A stretch of 64,000 bases of DNA from an uncultured Candidatus Binatia bacterium (GCA_965218425.1 OZ244621.1:4288001-4352000); one strand, 5' to 3'; positions 30,230-40,144 are shown, counted from the first letter of the stretch. Notes: generated by a model from the sequence alone, not told the origin. Translations and numbers: made by a program.

Positions 30230-31246
30230 CTAACTCCAGTGTGCGAAAGCCATGGCACAGCCGGTACCCGCCGTTGTCCGGTAGCAGGGAACATAGTCGA
30301 CCATCTCCATCTCACGGTTGTCGTTTCCCATGGCCCCTCCCAAAACTACCCAAGCCTTGGTTTCGGAGGTTCCATCGACAAAAATTTCCTCTGGGAAACT
30401 GGTGAGCCTGGCCTCATCGCGATTTCGCATCGCTGAGAGAAAGTCGCGATCGAACTCCTCGTTAATAACCATGTGACTCAGGCCTCCCGAACCCACAATG
30501 GCAACTCTCGCATCGCTTTCCCATGATTCGATAGCGCCGCGGAGCGTCTTACCGAGGGCATAACATCGCTTGACGGTCGGCTGATTAGGTGGGTAGTAGG
30601 TATTAATGTGAATGGGCACTAGCGGGATCTTGCTACTCATCATACGTCTACATAAAAACTCAAAGCTATTGCTTATGCTGATTCCCTCTTGCAAAGCGTT
30701 AGTATGGGAGATATCAAACCCGTCATTGACCAGCTTTTCCACCATATGCCTACCTAGGTCCGGGCAGCCCGGATAAACATAATTGGCCATGCTCTTGCCC
30801 CTCGCAGACTCCCCCGTAGCAGCGCTGGCGTCATCAGATCCTTGTCCAGACGGGGTACCGCGCAACGGGAGGACGGTCATAGAATCACCCCAATAGATGT
30901 CAATTGCCGGCATGTGATCCGAGGAGAAAACCTCTTTGTGGTCTTCGCCAATCACCACAAGAACATCAGGTGAGACCCGCTCCATCTTTTCCCTCAGCAT
31001 CGTTATCGCCCGCTGGCAAGCGGCATGTCTCATGGCCACCTTCTCAGGAGTAATCTCCGCACCAATCCATCCCGCTTTTTGTCGAGAGAGTTCTTCAAAA
31101 TCTCCAAGTCCGACTCCGCCTCGCTCTTTCGCTAAAGCAAGACGCCTTTTGTCCAGTTCGAGCCCCTTGGTGGACAACCAAACCTGTACTGAACTATGAA
31201 GTGATGGACTGTGGGACGTTCCAATACCAAGCACTACTGTAGCCAT
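30230..31246 (-). CDS. LigB-family extradiol dioxygenase, DesZ/LigZ-like
   Basis: LGIGTSH, GEDHKE, NTYYPPNQP, SGGLSH, GTSETKAW. GHAF is replaced by SNSF. Confidence 0.88.
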   Translation of the reverse strand: MATVVLGIGTSHSPSLHSSVQVWLSTKGLELDKRRLALAKERGGVGLGDFEELSRQKAGWIGAEITPEKVAMRHAACQRAITMLREKMERVSPDVLVVIGEDHKEVFSSDHMPAIDIYWGDSMTVLPLRGTPSGQGSDDASAATGESARGKSMANYVYPGCPDLGRHMVEKLVNDGFDISHTNALQEGISISNSFEFLCRRMMSSKIPLVPIHINTYYPPNQPTVKRCYALGKTLRGAIESWESDARVAIVGSGGLSHMVINEEFDRDFLSAMRNRDEARLTSFPEEIFVDGTSETKAWVVLGGAMGNDNREMEMVDYVPCYRTTAGTGCAMAFAHWS

Positions 31247-31298
31247 TGTAATCTTCTCCTTCGATTAACGAAGCTTCGCTGGCTTTGAGACGGCAAGG

Positions 31299-32471
31299 TC
31301 AAGCGCCACTTCGGGCCCTATGGCCGGAGCCCAAACGCAGGGTCCCTGTCAGGCCGGTATCAATAATCTCATGATGAGGGTCTCTAACAATGCCTATTGG
31401 ATCCTGGCCGTTTTTTATTTTCTCGATCTCTCGCTTTAGCAATTCACGAAATATGACGACTCCGCGGTCTCCTGTCCCAAGCCGCTCATGTTCCCGATCG
31501 GCAATTGGCCCTTGGGTTTCCCACGCCATAAAGTCCTGAGCCGCTATATCACGCAACATGTCAAAACGCGTCCAGGGATGCAGGGCGTTAGCTGGTTCCT
31601 TGTACGGCGCGTCATAATTGACAGTTATCTGTTCGTCTGTCTCATAGACGATTTCGCCGTCCTCACTGGGGCTGAAACCGATTCGAATATACCAGGTATG
31701 CTCGTCGTCGATGGGGACTCGGATCTGTGTGTTGCTCCCCTGGCGAAGCATGTTGGGGAAGATGAGCGGGTGGGATTCGGCGCGCCCGTTCTTCCAGACT
31801 CGGGTCTTCATAATACCGATGGGAACCTCGTCGTATCGCCACTCGGCTATCCCTTCGGTGAATCCTCGTGTGGATCCACTCGGTGTCGTGCTTGCGTGAT
31901 GCCGAAGGAATTCCTGGTGCAGTATGTAGGCGTGAGGCCCGTCAACGGAGTTCTCCATCGCTTGCATCCAGTTGCAATCGAGAATCGGCTGGACGACGAC
32001 GCTGTGGCAGCCATCTCTACGCGCCCATACGTCGTACCTCGGTATTACCGGAATCGGCGCCGGCCCCATGTATGCCCACAGCAGGCCCACGAATTTTTGC
32101 ACGGGGTACGCCTTGTGCTTTATGGTGAGGCGAAACTTGCTATCCGCAGGCTCAGGCGGTGTTTCCAGACAATTTCCTTCGGTGTCGTAGAGCCAACCGT
32201 GATAAGCGCAGGCGATGCCCCGTTCCTCAACCCGGCCGTACAGGAGCGAAGCCCCCCGGTGTGAGCAGCGGTCTGCAAGAAGGCCGAATCGGCCGCTCTT
32301 GTCCTTGAACAGGACGAGGTCCTCTCCCAGGATCCTGACGAACCGTGTAGGGGAATTGTCCGTAAGCTCTTTCGCAACGGCGACGGGATACCAATAGCGG
32401 CGTAACAACTCGCCTGCGGGTTTGCCCGGGCCAACCTCCGTGAGCATCCGATTCTCCTCTTTGGTAAGCAT
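31299..32471 (-). CDS. Rieske oxygenase large subunit (LigXa-like subtype)
   Basis: Start moved to ATG 32471 (MLTKEEN, AGGAGG SD). CSH...CAYH, ENSVDGPH...LH, AQD. Confidence 0.9.
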   Translation of the reverse strand: MLTKEENRMLTEVGPGKPAGELLRRYWYPVAVAKELTDNSPTRFVRILGEDLVLFKDKSGRFGLLADRCSHRGASLLYGRVEERGIACAYHGWLYDTEGNCLETPPEPADSKFRLTIKHKAYPVQKFVGLLWAYMGPAPIPVIPRYDVWARRDGCHSVVVQPILDCNWMQAMENSVDGPHAYILHQEFLRHHASTTPSGSTRGFTEGIAEWRYDEVPIGIMKTRVWKNGRAESHPLIFPNMLRQGSNTQIRVPIDDEHTWYIRIGFSPSEDGEIVYETDEQITVNYDAPYKEPANALHPWTRFDMLRDIAAQDFMAWETQGPIADREHERLGTGDRGVVIFRELLKREIEKIKNGQDPIGIVRDPHHEIIDTGLTGTLRLGSGHRARSGA

Positions 32472-32583
32472 GACTATCTCCTCCTTGCCGTCTTCCCTCC
32501 TGTTCTTTGGAGGGGCCGAAACCCTCGGAAGGTGCTTGTCAGCAGCTTGCACACAGAATGAGTGTGACGTCCGTCATCACCCA

Positions 32584-33537
32584 TTATTCCCAGTAGGCGA
32601 AGGCGTTGCCGCAACCAGTGCCAGCAGGAGACCGGTAGCACGGAGAGTAGTTCACTAACTTCATCTGAAGATCGCCCTCGGCCATTGCGCCGGCCACCAC
32701 CAGCCATACCTTAATCTCGGACGTGCCATCAACGAATAATTCCTCTGGGAAATCCGTGAGCTCATCTTCAGCCTTCCGCTGCATGGCGGTCAGAATGGCA
32801 CGGTCCATTCGTTCGTCCACAATGTGATGAGTCAGTCCTCCTGTCCCAATTATTGCCACGCGTTTGTCACTTTCCCAACATTTCACAGCCCGACGCAACG
32901 CTTTACCGAACTCGTAACACCGCTTGAGGGTGGGCCGATTGGGCGGATAATAGGTGTTGAGCAAGATGGGCACTTGCGGGATGACGTTGCCATTCATGAT
33001 GCGGCGGCATACAAAATCAAAAGCGTGTCCCAGGCCACGCTCCCCTGTAAGAGTCCTGGAGTAAGACACGTCGAATTGGTCGGCGGTGACCGAGAGCACC
33101 AGGTGTCGAGCCATCTCGGCATCCCCAGGATAGACATGACTCTCCCCATGGATGGCCTGGCCGTTGCGTTGTTGCGGGAACGGTGGGACGAACATCGAGT
33201 CAGCCCAATGAATATTCATCGAGGGCATGTGCTCTGACGAAAATACCTCTCGGTGGTCATCACCAACGACAAGCAACACATCTGGTCGCACACGGGTAAG
33301 CGTTTCTTGTAGCGTGAGGATAGCCTGCTGACAGGCAGTATAGCGTTCCCGGATCTTCTCCTCCTTGATTTCCTCGCCGATCCAGGATGCTCTTTGCCGG
33401 GCGAGATCGTCGTAGTCTGCAAGTCCATGGATTTTTAGATGGCGCTTGTCCGCCTCTGCTTTCGTGAACCACTGCTCCACCGGGTTGTTGAGGCCGGGCA
33501 TGTGCGAAGTTCCCATTCCTAACGTGAGGGTTGCCAT
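32584..33537 (-). CDS. LigB-family extradiol dioxygenase, DesZ/LigZ-like
   Basis: LGMGTSH, GDDHRE, GHAF, TGGLTH, GTSEIKVW. Confidence 0.9.
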   Translation of the reverse strand: MATLTLGMGTSHMPGLNNPVEQWFTKAEADKRHLKIHGLADYDDLARQRASWIGEEIKEEKIRERYTACQQAILTLQETLTRVRPDVLLVVGDDHREVFSSEHMPSMNIHWADSMFVPPFPQQRNGQAIHGESHVYPGDAEMARHLVLSVTADQFDVSYSRTLTGERGLGHAFDFVCRRIMNGNVIPQVPILLNTYYPPNRPTLKRCYEFGKALRRAVKCWESDKRVAIIGTGGLTHHIVDERMDRAILTAMQRKAEDELTDFPEELFVDGTSEIKVWLVVAGAMAEGDLQMKLVNYSPCYRSPAGTGCGNAFAYWE

Positions 33538-33676
33538 GGTGCTTCTCCTGTGGTTCTTTCCAGGCCTGCCGGCCTCGGGACAAAGGACTCCCAGAGTTTA
33601 GATGGGGAGGGTGAATGTCATACATACTGGGTATGTTCTCACTGCCACTCCCGTACATCAACGGCCTATACGCGAT

Positions 33677-34624
33677 CTACAAATATCCCTGCTCACGCCA
33701 GAATGCTGCAGCGGCGGGGTGGAGCGGGGCACAGAGCGGGGTATCCGGCCCATCCTTGCACATCCGGTGGAGTGGGAGCATGGGACCACCCTCCCAGGGA
33801 ATGCGGTCCTTGCGCGCTTCCAGCGCTTGGCAGAACTGGCGGACAAGGTCGTCAGGCGTGTCAACATGAGTGTAGATGGGCCAGCCGCTAAAGTCGGGGG
33901 AAAGTACGTCCTCGTCAAGCTGGTGGAACTGGGCCTTGGTGATGGGCGAGCAGCGCCAGCCAATCACTTCAAGTCGCTGGGCCAACGGCGGATCCACAGG
34001 CAGCAGGCGCATTCCCGCGTCCAGTGCCTTTCCTACCCAGATGTGGACGGCTTCCTCGAAGTACGCGTCAAACTCGCCACGTTGGAGCGCTTCGACATCG
34101 ATTGCCAAGCCCCGGCGAGGCAAGATCTTACCACCCCAAGAGACAAATTCATCTAAGGAAAACCCGAGGAGCTTGAACACTTCATTGGCGACCATGTAGT
34201 CGGCATGATCGGTTCGTTCGCGCATGGAGATGCGCAGGGGGTAGCGCTTGGCACCAATGTCGGCCAGGGAGGTGATGCCAGTGCTCTCGTGTACGGCCAT
34301 ACCGAACTGGTCCAGCGACGGAATCGTTGTGATCACCCGCAGTGGCATGGGTTCCTTATAGGGGCCCGTTCCTTGTACGGCCATCCCCAGTGGCTCGGCC
34401 GGATTGACCATAGCCAACTGTACCTCTTTGCGCAGCACATCATCGAAGGAATCCGGAGCATCACTGGCAAACAGGCAGTATTGCCAGGGATTGCTGGAGC
34501 CCTGCTTGCGCATCTGCAATAGGGTCTGCGTGGCCGGCCATTTCCGGTCCCACATCAACTCGGATGCCATCTCCAACAGTAGGATCGGACGGATCTGATC
34601 GGCGCGCACATGCCTAGTTTCCAT
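33677..34624 (-). CDS. TAXI-like PBP2-fold protein without a signal peptide
   Basis: G.GPYKEPMPLRVITTIPS.D...AV....GITSLADI...RYPLRIS, DFSGWPIYTH, PLHPAA..FW.E.GY. Polar N-terminus. Confidence 0.65.
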   Translation of the reverse strand: METRHVRADQIRPILLLEMASELMWDRKWPATQTLLQMRKQGSSNPWQYCLFASDAPDSFDDVLRKEVQLAMVNPAEPLGMAVQGTGPYKEPMPLRVITTIPSLDQFGMAVHESTGITSLADIGAKRYPLRISMRERTDHADYMVANEVFKLLGFSLDEFVSWGGKILPRRGLAIDVEALQRGEFDAYFEEAVHIWVGKALDAGMRLLPVDPPLAQRLEVIGWRCSPITKAQFHQLDEDVLSPDFSGWPIYTHVDTPDDLVRQFCQALEARKDRIPWEGGPMLPLHRMCKDGPDTPLCAPLHPAAAAFWREQGYL

Positions 34625-34680
34625 TTTGGTTCCTCCTGGGATTTCCCTAGCCCTTTCAGTCCGTTTGCAATCCCAAAAAG

Positions 34681-35124
34681 TTATCCGGACACACGCGCAA
34701 CCACAACCGCCTCAACTCGTTCTCCACGCAGGCCCAAGGGAGCTACGTTAAGAAAATGGTAAGGGGGCTGGCGCATTGCGTCAGGAAAAAGTTGTCCCCA
34801 CTCTTTTAATACCGTGGCACGATAGACATCGTCCATAACATAAAACGTCACGTTGACCAGATCATTAGCGGTTCCCCCTGCAGCCTCCAAGAAGCCGCGA
34901 ATTCGTCGAAACAAAATTTTTAATTCTCGTTCGGGCTCAGCAGGAAGTTCATGGACGGGAGACTCATCATCATGCCCCGACAGCATCGATGAAAAGACGA
35001 ATGCATCTTTGCCGGACCGAAGCACTTTTATCCCGGGTGGTATCACCCCCTTTAGTATTTGCCCCCGGTCCGGAGCATTTGGATGCCGCGGTATGTAGTC
35101 GACCTTCTCCAGTCTATTTGCCAT
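34681..35124 (-). CDS. RidA/YjgF-family protein, single domain, lacking the catalytic Arg
   Basis: Start moved to ATG 35124 (GGGAGG SD). Close paralog of 23542 (GVIPP..KV.R...FSSM.SGHD). FPDAMRQPPYH. Confidence 0.75.
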   Translation of the reverse strand: MANRLEKVDYIPRHPNAPDRGQILKGVIPPGIKVLRSGKDAFVFSSMLSGHDDESPVHELPAEPERELKILFRRIRGFLEAAGGTANDLVNVTFYVMDDVYRATVLKEWGQLFPDAMRQPPYHFLNVAPLGLRGERVEAVVVARVSG

Positions 35125-35304
35125 AAAGCCTCCCTTGCAGTTGCTTGATCTAGAGTAAACCCCGTACCACGGAATTATTCCCGTGGCTTTGGGGCGTTTC
35201 CCTTTGGGGAAGTTCGGAACACTCATCTCCAGAATCACGTCCGCGGCGTTCTGTGGTTCGGGCTGAATCTTCGCGGGACAAGTCAATCAAATGCATGATA
35301 CGCC

Positions 35305-36771
35305 TTACCGGTGGGCTTGGACATGAGCAAAGAGTGTTTTCCATTTTTTTTCGATATCCCTGCGCAACTCTCGGCTATTCATATTAACTTCAGGGAACTT
35401 GTCTTTCCACTCGTAAGGTCGGCAGGCGTTAATTACGAGGTTGTGCGCGTTGTATTTTTCCCTACCTTTCATGGATGGATCCGATGCCTGGCCAGGTGGT
35501 ATCCTTGGGTCCAATTGCCACACTGCCGTACCCGGAACGATGGTAACCCCCGATTCTGGGATGCAGCGGCTGGCAATGGCCCAGAGCACCTCTTCTGTGT
35601 ACAGCAGATCAATGTCTTCATCCACCAGCACCCAAATATGATTTCCACTATGTTGATCTCCCCCAGGCTCTAATTGGCGGATCACGTCTTCAACGTGTCC
35701 TGCGTACATTTGCTTCACCTTTACCACCCGAAAACCTGGGGCAACCACGGTAACCACTTCTTGAACGCCCTGAATACCGGCTTGTTCAAGTCGTCTTCGC
35801 ACACGAAAATCAATGTTCGTGAGCTCTTTATAAGCTCGAATGTGCCGAATAGGAGGAGAGCCGAAGATTATACAGCCCTCCCGGTAGTGAATGGCTGCCA
35901 CTTCAATGACCGTTTCGAGTCTGCGACCATGTCCATAGTAGCCCGTCCACTCGCCGAAGGGACCTTCGGGTAATAATTTTTCCTCGGGCGAAGGAATAAA
36001 GCCCTCAATAGCTATCTCTGCTGTGGCAGGGATTGGGAGGCCGGTAATAGGTCCTTTGACCACTGGATACGGACTTTTGTGAAGGTAACCTGCCACTTCA
36101 AACTCGGAGACCCCATTGGGGCAGTGATAGACACTGCCTCCGGAGAGCAGTGTCAGGATGGGTTCCTGCCCTACGGAAACCACCACTGGGCATTTTTCCC
36201 CACGGCTCCAATGCTTGCGTCGGATAAAATCACCGTGCCGATTCGGTTCCATGAAGAGGCCGCAGGTATTTTTGTCGGCGATGCAAACCCGGTATGAGCC
36301 CGAGTTGACAAATCCAGTGTCAGGGTCCCGTTGAATAACGCATAGTCCCGTCCCTATGTATCGATCAATGTCTTTGTCATGCCATCTCGGGGTGGGAAAG
36401 TGAAAAAGGTCGACATCTCCACCCTTGAGAGTATTGTCGAACACAGGGCCAGAGTAAACTTCGCACATGGGTATGGGTTGAATTTCACCGATCACGCGGT
36501 TCCACTCTTCAGCCATCTCCACAAGAGGACGCTCATGATTGAGGCCTAGGGCAAGCGCCGTTCGCTCCGGTCTTGTACAGAGGTTGGCAGCCAACCCAAA
36601 ACTCTTGGGATAATCAGGGACCTCATCGAAGAGGAGTGCCGGCCCGCCTCTTTCCACCATCAATTCGGTAATAACCCCAATTTCCAGATCCCAATGAGCA
36701 CCTCGAACTCGTTCCAGCATTCCTAACTGATCGAGCTTTTTTAGGTAATCCCTTAAATCATTCCACAACAT
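35305..36771 (-). CDS. UbiD-family prFMN-dependent (de)carboxylase
   Basis: DLRDYL..L...G.L, GPALLFD, NSGSYR, EIAIEG, PEGPFGEWTGYY, VDEDID. Confidence 0.9.
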   Translation of the reverse strand: MLWNDLRDYLKKLDQLGMLERVRGAHWDLEIGVITELMVERGGPALLFDEVPDYPKSFGLAANLCTRPERTALALGLNHERPLVEMAEEWNRVIGEIQPIPMCEVYSGPVFDNTLKGGDVDLFHFPTPRWHDKDIDRYIGTGLCVIQRDPDTGFVNSGSYRVCIADKNTCGLFMEPNRHGDFIRRKHWSRGEKCPVVVSVGQEPILTLLSGGSVYHCPNGVSEFEVAGYLHKSPYPVVKGPITGLPIPATAEIAIEGFIPSPEEKLLPEGPFGEWTGYYGHGRRLETVIEVAAIHYREGCIIFGSPPIRHIRAYKELTNIDFRVRRRLEQAGIQGVQEVVTVVAPGFRVVKVKQMYAGHVEDVIRQLEPGGDQHSGNHIWVLVDEDIDLLYTEEVLWAIASRCIPESGVTIVPGTAVWQLDPRIPPGQASDPSMKGREKYNAHNLVINACRPYEWKDKFPEVNMNSRELRRDIEKKWKTLFAHVQAHR

Positions 36772-36812
36772 TTATTCGACCTTTAAGACGACGCGAATTA
36801 ACTATCTCCTCA

Positions 36813-38012
36813 TCATTCAGGGCTCGGCACCTGGTGCGACATGAAGATTTCTTTCCTTTCCCTTGCTGACTGCATGATGGCGAGCACCACTTCCAGGGTC
36901 GCCTCTCCCCATCTCCCATCGTGGAACACTGGCCGGTCTTCAGTTACCGAACGGTACAACTCGTCGAGTTCTGCTTTACGGCTTCGGGCCGTTTTTGGCA
37001 CTGGGACTTCCCAGGTCTTCTCATCACCATAAATGATCAGACCGTCAAGGGACTGCCGAATATCACCGTGTTCACAGCTGACGATTGTGATCCCGAAATG
37101 GGAGTGGGGATAATCGTCGCTTCGGATCCGGGGATCTTCCTTTCCGCCTCCAAATCTCTTGCCTTCTTTAATGACCCATTCGTCTTCGGGGGATTTTAAA
37201 TTTCTGATAACGGCCCGTGCCGCTATATTCTGATCCGGCGTCCGTTTTGCCTCACCCATCCAGGAAGTGAACTCTGCCGTATCAAAATGGGCATAGCCAG
37301 TAAATACGACTGTGGCTGGCGTACCGTCCTCAAACTCGAGATAGCAGACCCAGGCACCTTCAGCCCTGCGCGATGCATCCCAGACACCTGTCATGGCTCT
37401 TACGCTCCGTATCATACCGCCCCCTAACAACCGAATTATATCGACGATATGGGGCCCTTGGTTATAAATGATATTGCCCCCTTTAGTGGCATCCAGCTCT
37501 TGGGGCATCCGGGGCCGATACATGAAATCCTGATAATGCCAATTGTTGATCATACACAGGCGACCAAGCTCCCCACCTTTGATGATCGTTCTCATCTTAC
37601 GGACAGGTGGATCAAAGCTATGCGTATGCCCGCACAGGAGTTTTACTCCGTTGCGTTCGCAGGCTGCGTTCATGGCTTCACATTCTTCGATTGTGAAAGC
37701 CATTGGCTTTTCTACAATCACATGCTTTTTTGCCTCTGCTGCCAGAATCACATGTTCTGCGTGGTATTGGTTTGGGGTACAAACGTAGATCGCATCGACG
37801 TTAGGGCTCTTGCACAGATCCTCCACCTTCTCATAAGCCTCACTGCTGAATTCACGTGTGAATTTTTCCCGGGCCTGAGCCCGAGGATCGGCTGCCCCAG
37901 TCAATTCCAAATGAGGGTGGGCAATGATTTGCGGCGATAGTTGCGCCGCCGCTACACCAAGGCCGGCTATGCCAAATCGAAGCGTTGGTTCCTTGCCTAA
38001 CATTCCCGCCAT
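36813..38012 (-). CDS. Gfo/Idh/MocA oxidoreductase, cis-dihydrodiol dehydrogenase-like
   Basis: GIAGLG, VEKPM, GHTHSFD. Very similar to 13361-14572. Confidence 0.9.
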   Translation of the reverse strand: MAGMLGKEPTLRFGIAGLGVAAAQLSPQIIAHPHLELTGAADPRAQAREKFTREFSSEAYEKVEDLCKSPNVDAIYVCTPNQYHAEHVILAAEAKKHVIVEKPMAFTIEECEAMNAACERNGVKLLCGHTHSFDPPVRKMRTIIKGGELGRLCMINNWHYQDFMYRPRMPQELDATKGGNIIYNQGPHIVDIIRLLGGGMIRSVRAMTGVWDASRRAEGAWVCYLEFEDGTPATVVFTGYAHFDTAEFTSWMGEAKRTPDQNIAARAVIRNLKSPEDEWVIKEGKRFGGGKEDPRIRSDDYPHSHFGITIVSCEHGDIRQSLDGLIIYGDEKTWEVPVPKTARSRKAELDELYRSVTEDRPVFHDGRWGEATLEVVLAIMQSARERKEIFMSHQVPSPE

Positions 38013-38064
38013 CTAAGCCACCTGTATCAAAATCACAAGATTAAAAACTCGATTGGTCTGCAAA

Positions 38065-38073
38065 TTTATAGCA
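38065..38073 (-). promoter_or_regulatory. Putative extended -10 promoter (TGCTATAAA)
   Basis: TGnTATAAA about 55 nt upstream of ATG 38012. Confidence 0.4.
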
Positions 38074-38085
38074 ATCGCTTAATCC

Positions 38086-38814
38086 CTACATCAAAGCGGT
38101 GACGATTGCGCCGAACAAGCCCTCGTTCAGCCCAGCTGGAGCTACGTTCCAAGTTTGCCGTGCAGGAAGATTACTTCGGTCAGGGAATATTTTTTTCCAT
38201 GCCTCGTTCGTCACGCCACGGTAATCATCACTCATCAGATAGAGCATCACGTCGACGATATTGTCGACGCTCCCACCCGTGGACTCGGCCCATGTCTTGA
38301 CCTGCTGAAAAAGAGCATGGGCCTGCTCTTGCGGGTCCGCCGGAAGGGTTTTTGACCCAGGCAACCGTCCAACAAGTAATGGAGAATAAACCAGGTCTCC
38401 TCGATTTCCGGAGGGAGCGGATGGATCATCAAGGATAGCAGTGAAATGTGCCGCAAAACGCCAGTGGGTCCCGTGAGGGGAAACGTTTAGAATATGACGG
38501 GCAGGACGAACCGCGGGATCCGGAAACATCTTGAGCCATTCCTGATTGATGGCCTGACGGTCCTTGTCATCAAATACGTAGACAGCCATCGTAGCGATAT
38601 CGGCGGGAGTTCCCCCACCGGCTTCCACAAGACCTCGGATTCGTCCAAATAACAGAGCCGCGTCTTCAGAAGCATCGGCCCCTTGCTCCCTGTTGGGCCC
38701 CACTGGGCCTAGGAGCGATGAAAATATAAATTCCTCCGCCCTGATGCCTTCGGGTACCGGTGAGTGAACACGGTCTCGCCCTGGGACATGAATCGACTGT
38801 CTTTTTGGTATCAT
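38086..38814 (-). CDS. RidA/YjgF-family protein, tandem two-domain
   Basis: EAGGGTPADI...FPDPAVRPARH and ESTGGSVDNI...FPDRSNLPARQ. Confidence 0.78.
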   Translation of the reverse strand: MIPKRQSIHVPGRDRVHSPVPEGIRAEEFIFSSLLGPVGPNREQGADASEDAALLFGRIRGLVEAGGGTPADIATMAVYVFDDKDRQAINQEWLKMFPDPAVRPARHILNVSPHGTHWRFAAHFTAILDDPSAPSGNRGDLVYSPLLVGRLPGSKTLPADPQEQAHALFQQVKTWAESTGGSVDNIVDVMLYLMSDDYRGVTNEAWKKIFPDRSNLPARQTWNVAPAGLNEGLFGAIVTALM

Positions 38815-38892
38815 GCGAAATCCTTCCTTTAATCCAAGAATTTGCTTTCAAATTTACCGAACCTTTACAATCCAAACTGATCCCAAGCAGGC

Positions 38893-40125
38893 CTACTGCG
38901 ATTGACCGCCATTTTCAGTACGATTTTTTTCTTTGGAGTATTTTCGCCAGTCTTCAGAGGCAGGGATACGCGCACGCCACACCGGGATTCGGAACCTGTC
39001 CGGATAGGGTACTACACGACTCTCAGCCATTTGCCGAATAATACGAAGCATTAGGTTCCGCGCTACAACGATGGCCCGGTCGGTGGAACCCAAGTGCTCT
39101 TTAGTCCGGTCCTGGATGGGGCCCTCACCTTCGGTGGCCCAAGCGTCATGGACCTGAAACGCGCTACCCATCCCAATAAATGTTCTGAGATTCATCTCGT
39201 CCGGCTCCTGTAGATACCGATTGGCCCGGTTCCGCACCAACCGGTAGTCGGGTGTTAGGTCAGAACGTTCCGACTGCACCTTTTTCTTCTCCATGGGTTT
39301 TTCTTGTGTGAACATTATTACGTATTTCCAATGGTGGGTGTCGTCAATCGGTACATGCCAATTCACCGTATAGCCATCATCTGTGCCCGAAGGAAATGCA
39401 CACAGGTTGGGGAGTATAAAGTTGGTAGTCCTAATATAAGTTGTGCTGCTACCCGCGGTCTCTGCCCTTATAACCCGCACACCAAAGGGGGCCTCTTCCA
39501 CCTCCATGTCTATAAACCAACGCTGGCTCGCAGGTGGAGGTGGGGGTGCGTTCAGTCTTCCACCATAGGTCCTGTGGAGAAACGGTACATGGATGGGGTC
39601 TATATTTCCTTCGTTGGCCTGTTGGTAGTTACATTCTTGGTAAATTTTGCTGTTAAAGCGATAGTCGTCTGATGCTTTCAGAAATTCGAACTCTGGAGTG
39701 GGAGGGGGGTCGCCCGGCCCCAGGTAGGCCAAAACAATTCCCCCCATCTCAATGCATGGATACCAAGGATGGCGTATGGTTTTGTGAAAGGTGCTAGCTT
39801 CCGGTTCGCCAGGCTGCTCAAGACACCTGCCGCGAATATCATAGACCCAACCATGATAGAGACAGCGCAGACCGCCGTTTTCGATACGGCCATAGCTCAA
39901 ATCCGCCCCACGATGGGAGCAGTGTAATTCCAGAAGCCCCACTCGGTTGAACTCATCACGAAAAAGTACCAGGTCTTCCCCCAAAAGACGGACGGGTCGA
40001 GGACGGCTGCCAGGTGGAAGCTCTTCTGCCAATGCTACCGGCTGCCAGTACCGACGTAGAAAATGACCGCAAGGAGTACCGGGGCCAATTCTTGTCAGCA
40101 AATCATTTTCGTCTTGCGATAACAT
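38893..40125 (-). CDS. Rieske oxygenase large subunit (phthalate 4,5-dioxygenase-like)
   Basis: Start moved to ATG 40125 (GGAGG SD). CSH...CLYH, EGNIDPIH...LH, VHD. Confidence 0.9.
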   Translation of the reverse strand: MLSQDENDLLTRIGPGTPCGHFLRRYWQPVALAEELPPGSRPRPVRLLGEDLVLFRDEFNRVGLLELHCSHRGADLSYGRIENGGLRCLYHGWVYDIRGRCLEQPGEPEASTFHKTIRHPWYPCIEMGGIVLAYLGPGDPPPTPEFEFLKASDDYRFNSKIYQECNYQQANEGNIDPIHVPFLHRTYGGRLNAPPPPPASQRWFIDMEVEEAPFGVRVIRAETAGSSTTYIRTTNFILPNLCAFPSGTDDGYTVNWHVPIDDTHHWKYVIMFTQEKPMEKKKVQSERSDLTPDYRLVRNRANRYLQEPDEMNLRTFIGMGSAFQVHDAWATEGEGPIQDRTKEHLGSTDRAIVVARNLMLRIIRQMAESRVVPYPDRFRIPVWRARIPASEDWRKYSKEKNRTENGGQSQ

Positions 40126-40144
40126 CGATCCAAGCCTCCGAGCA

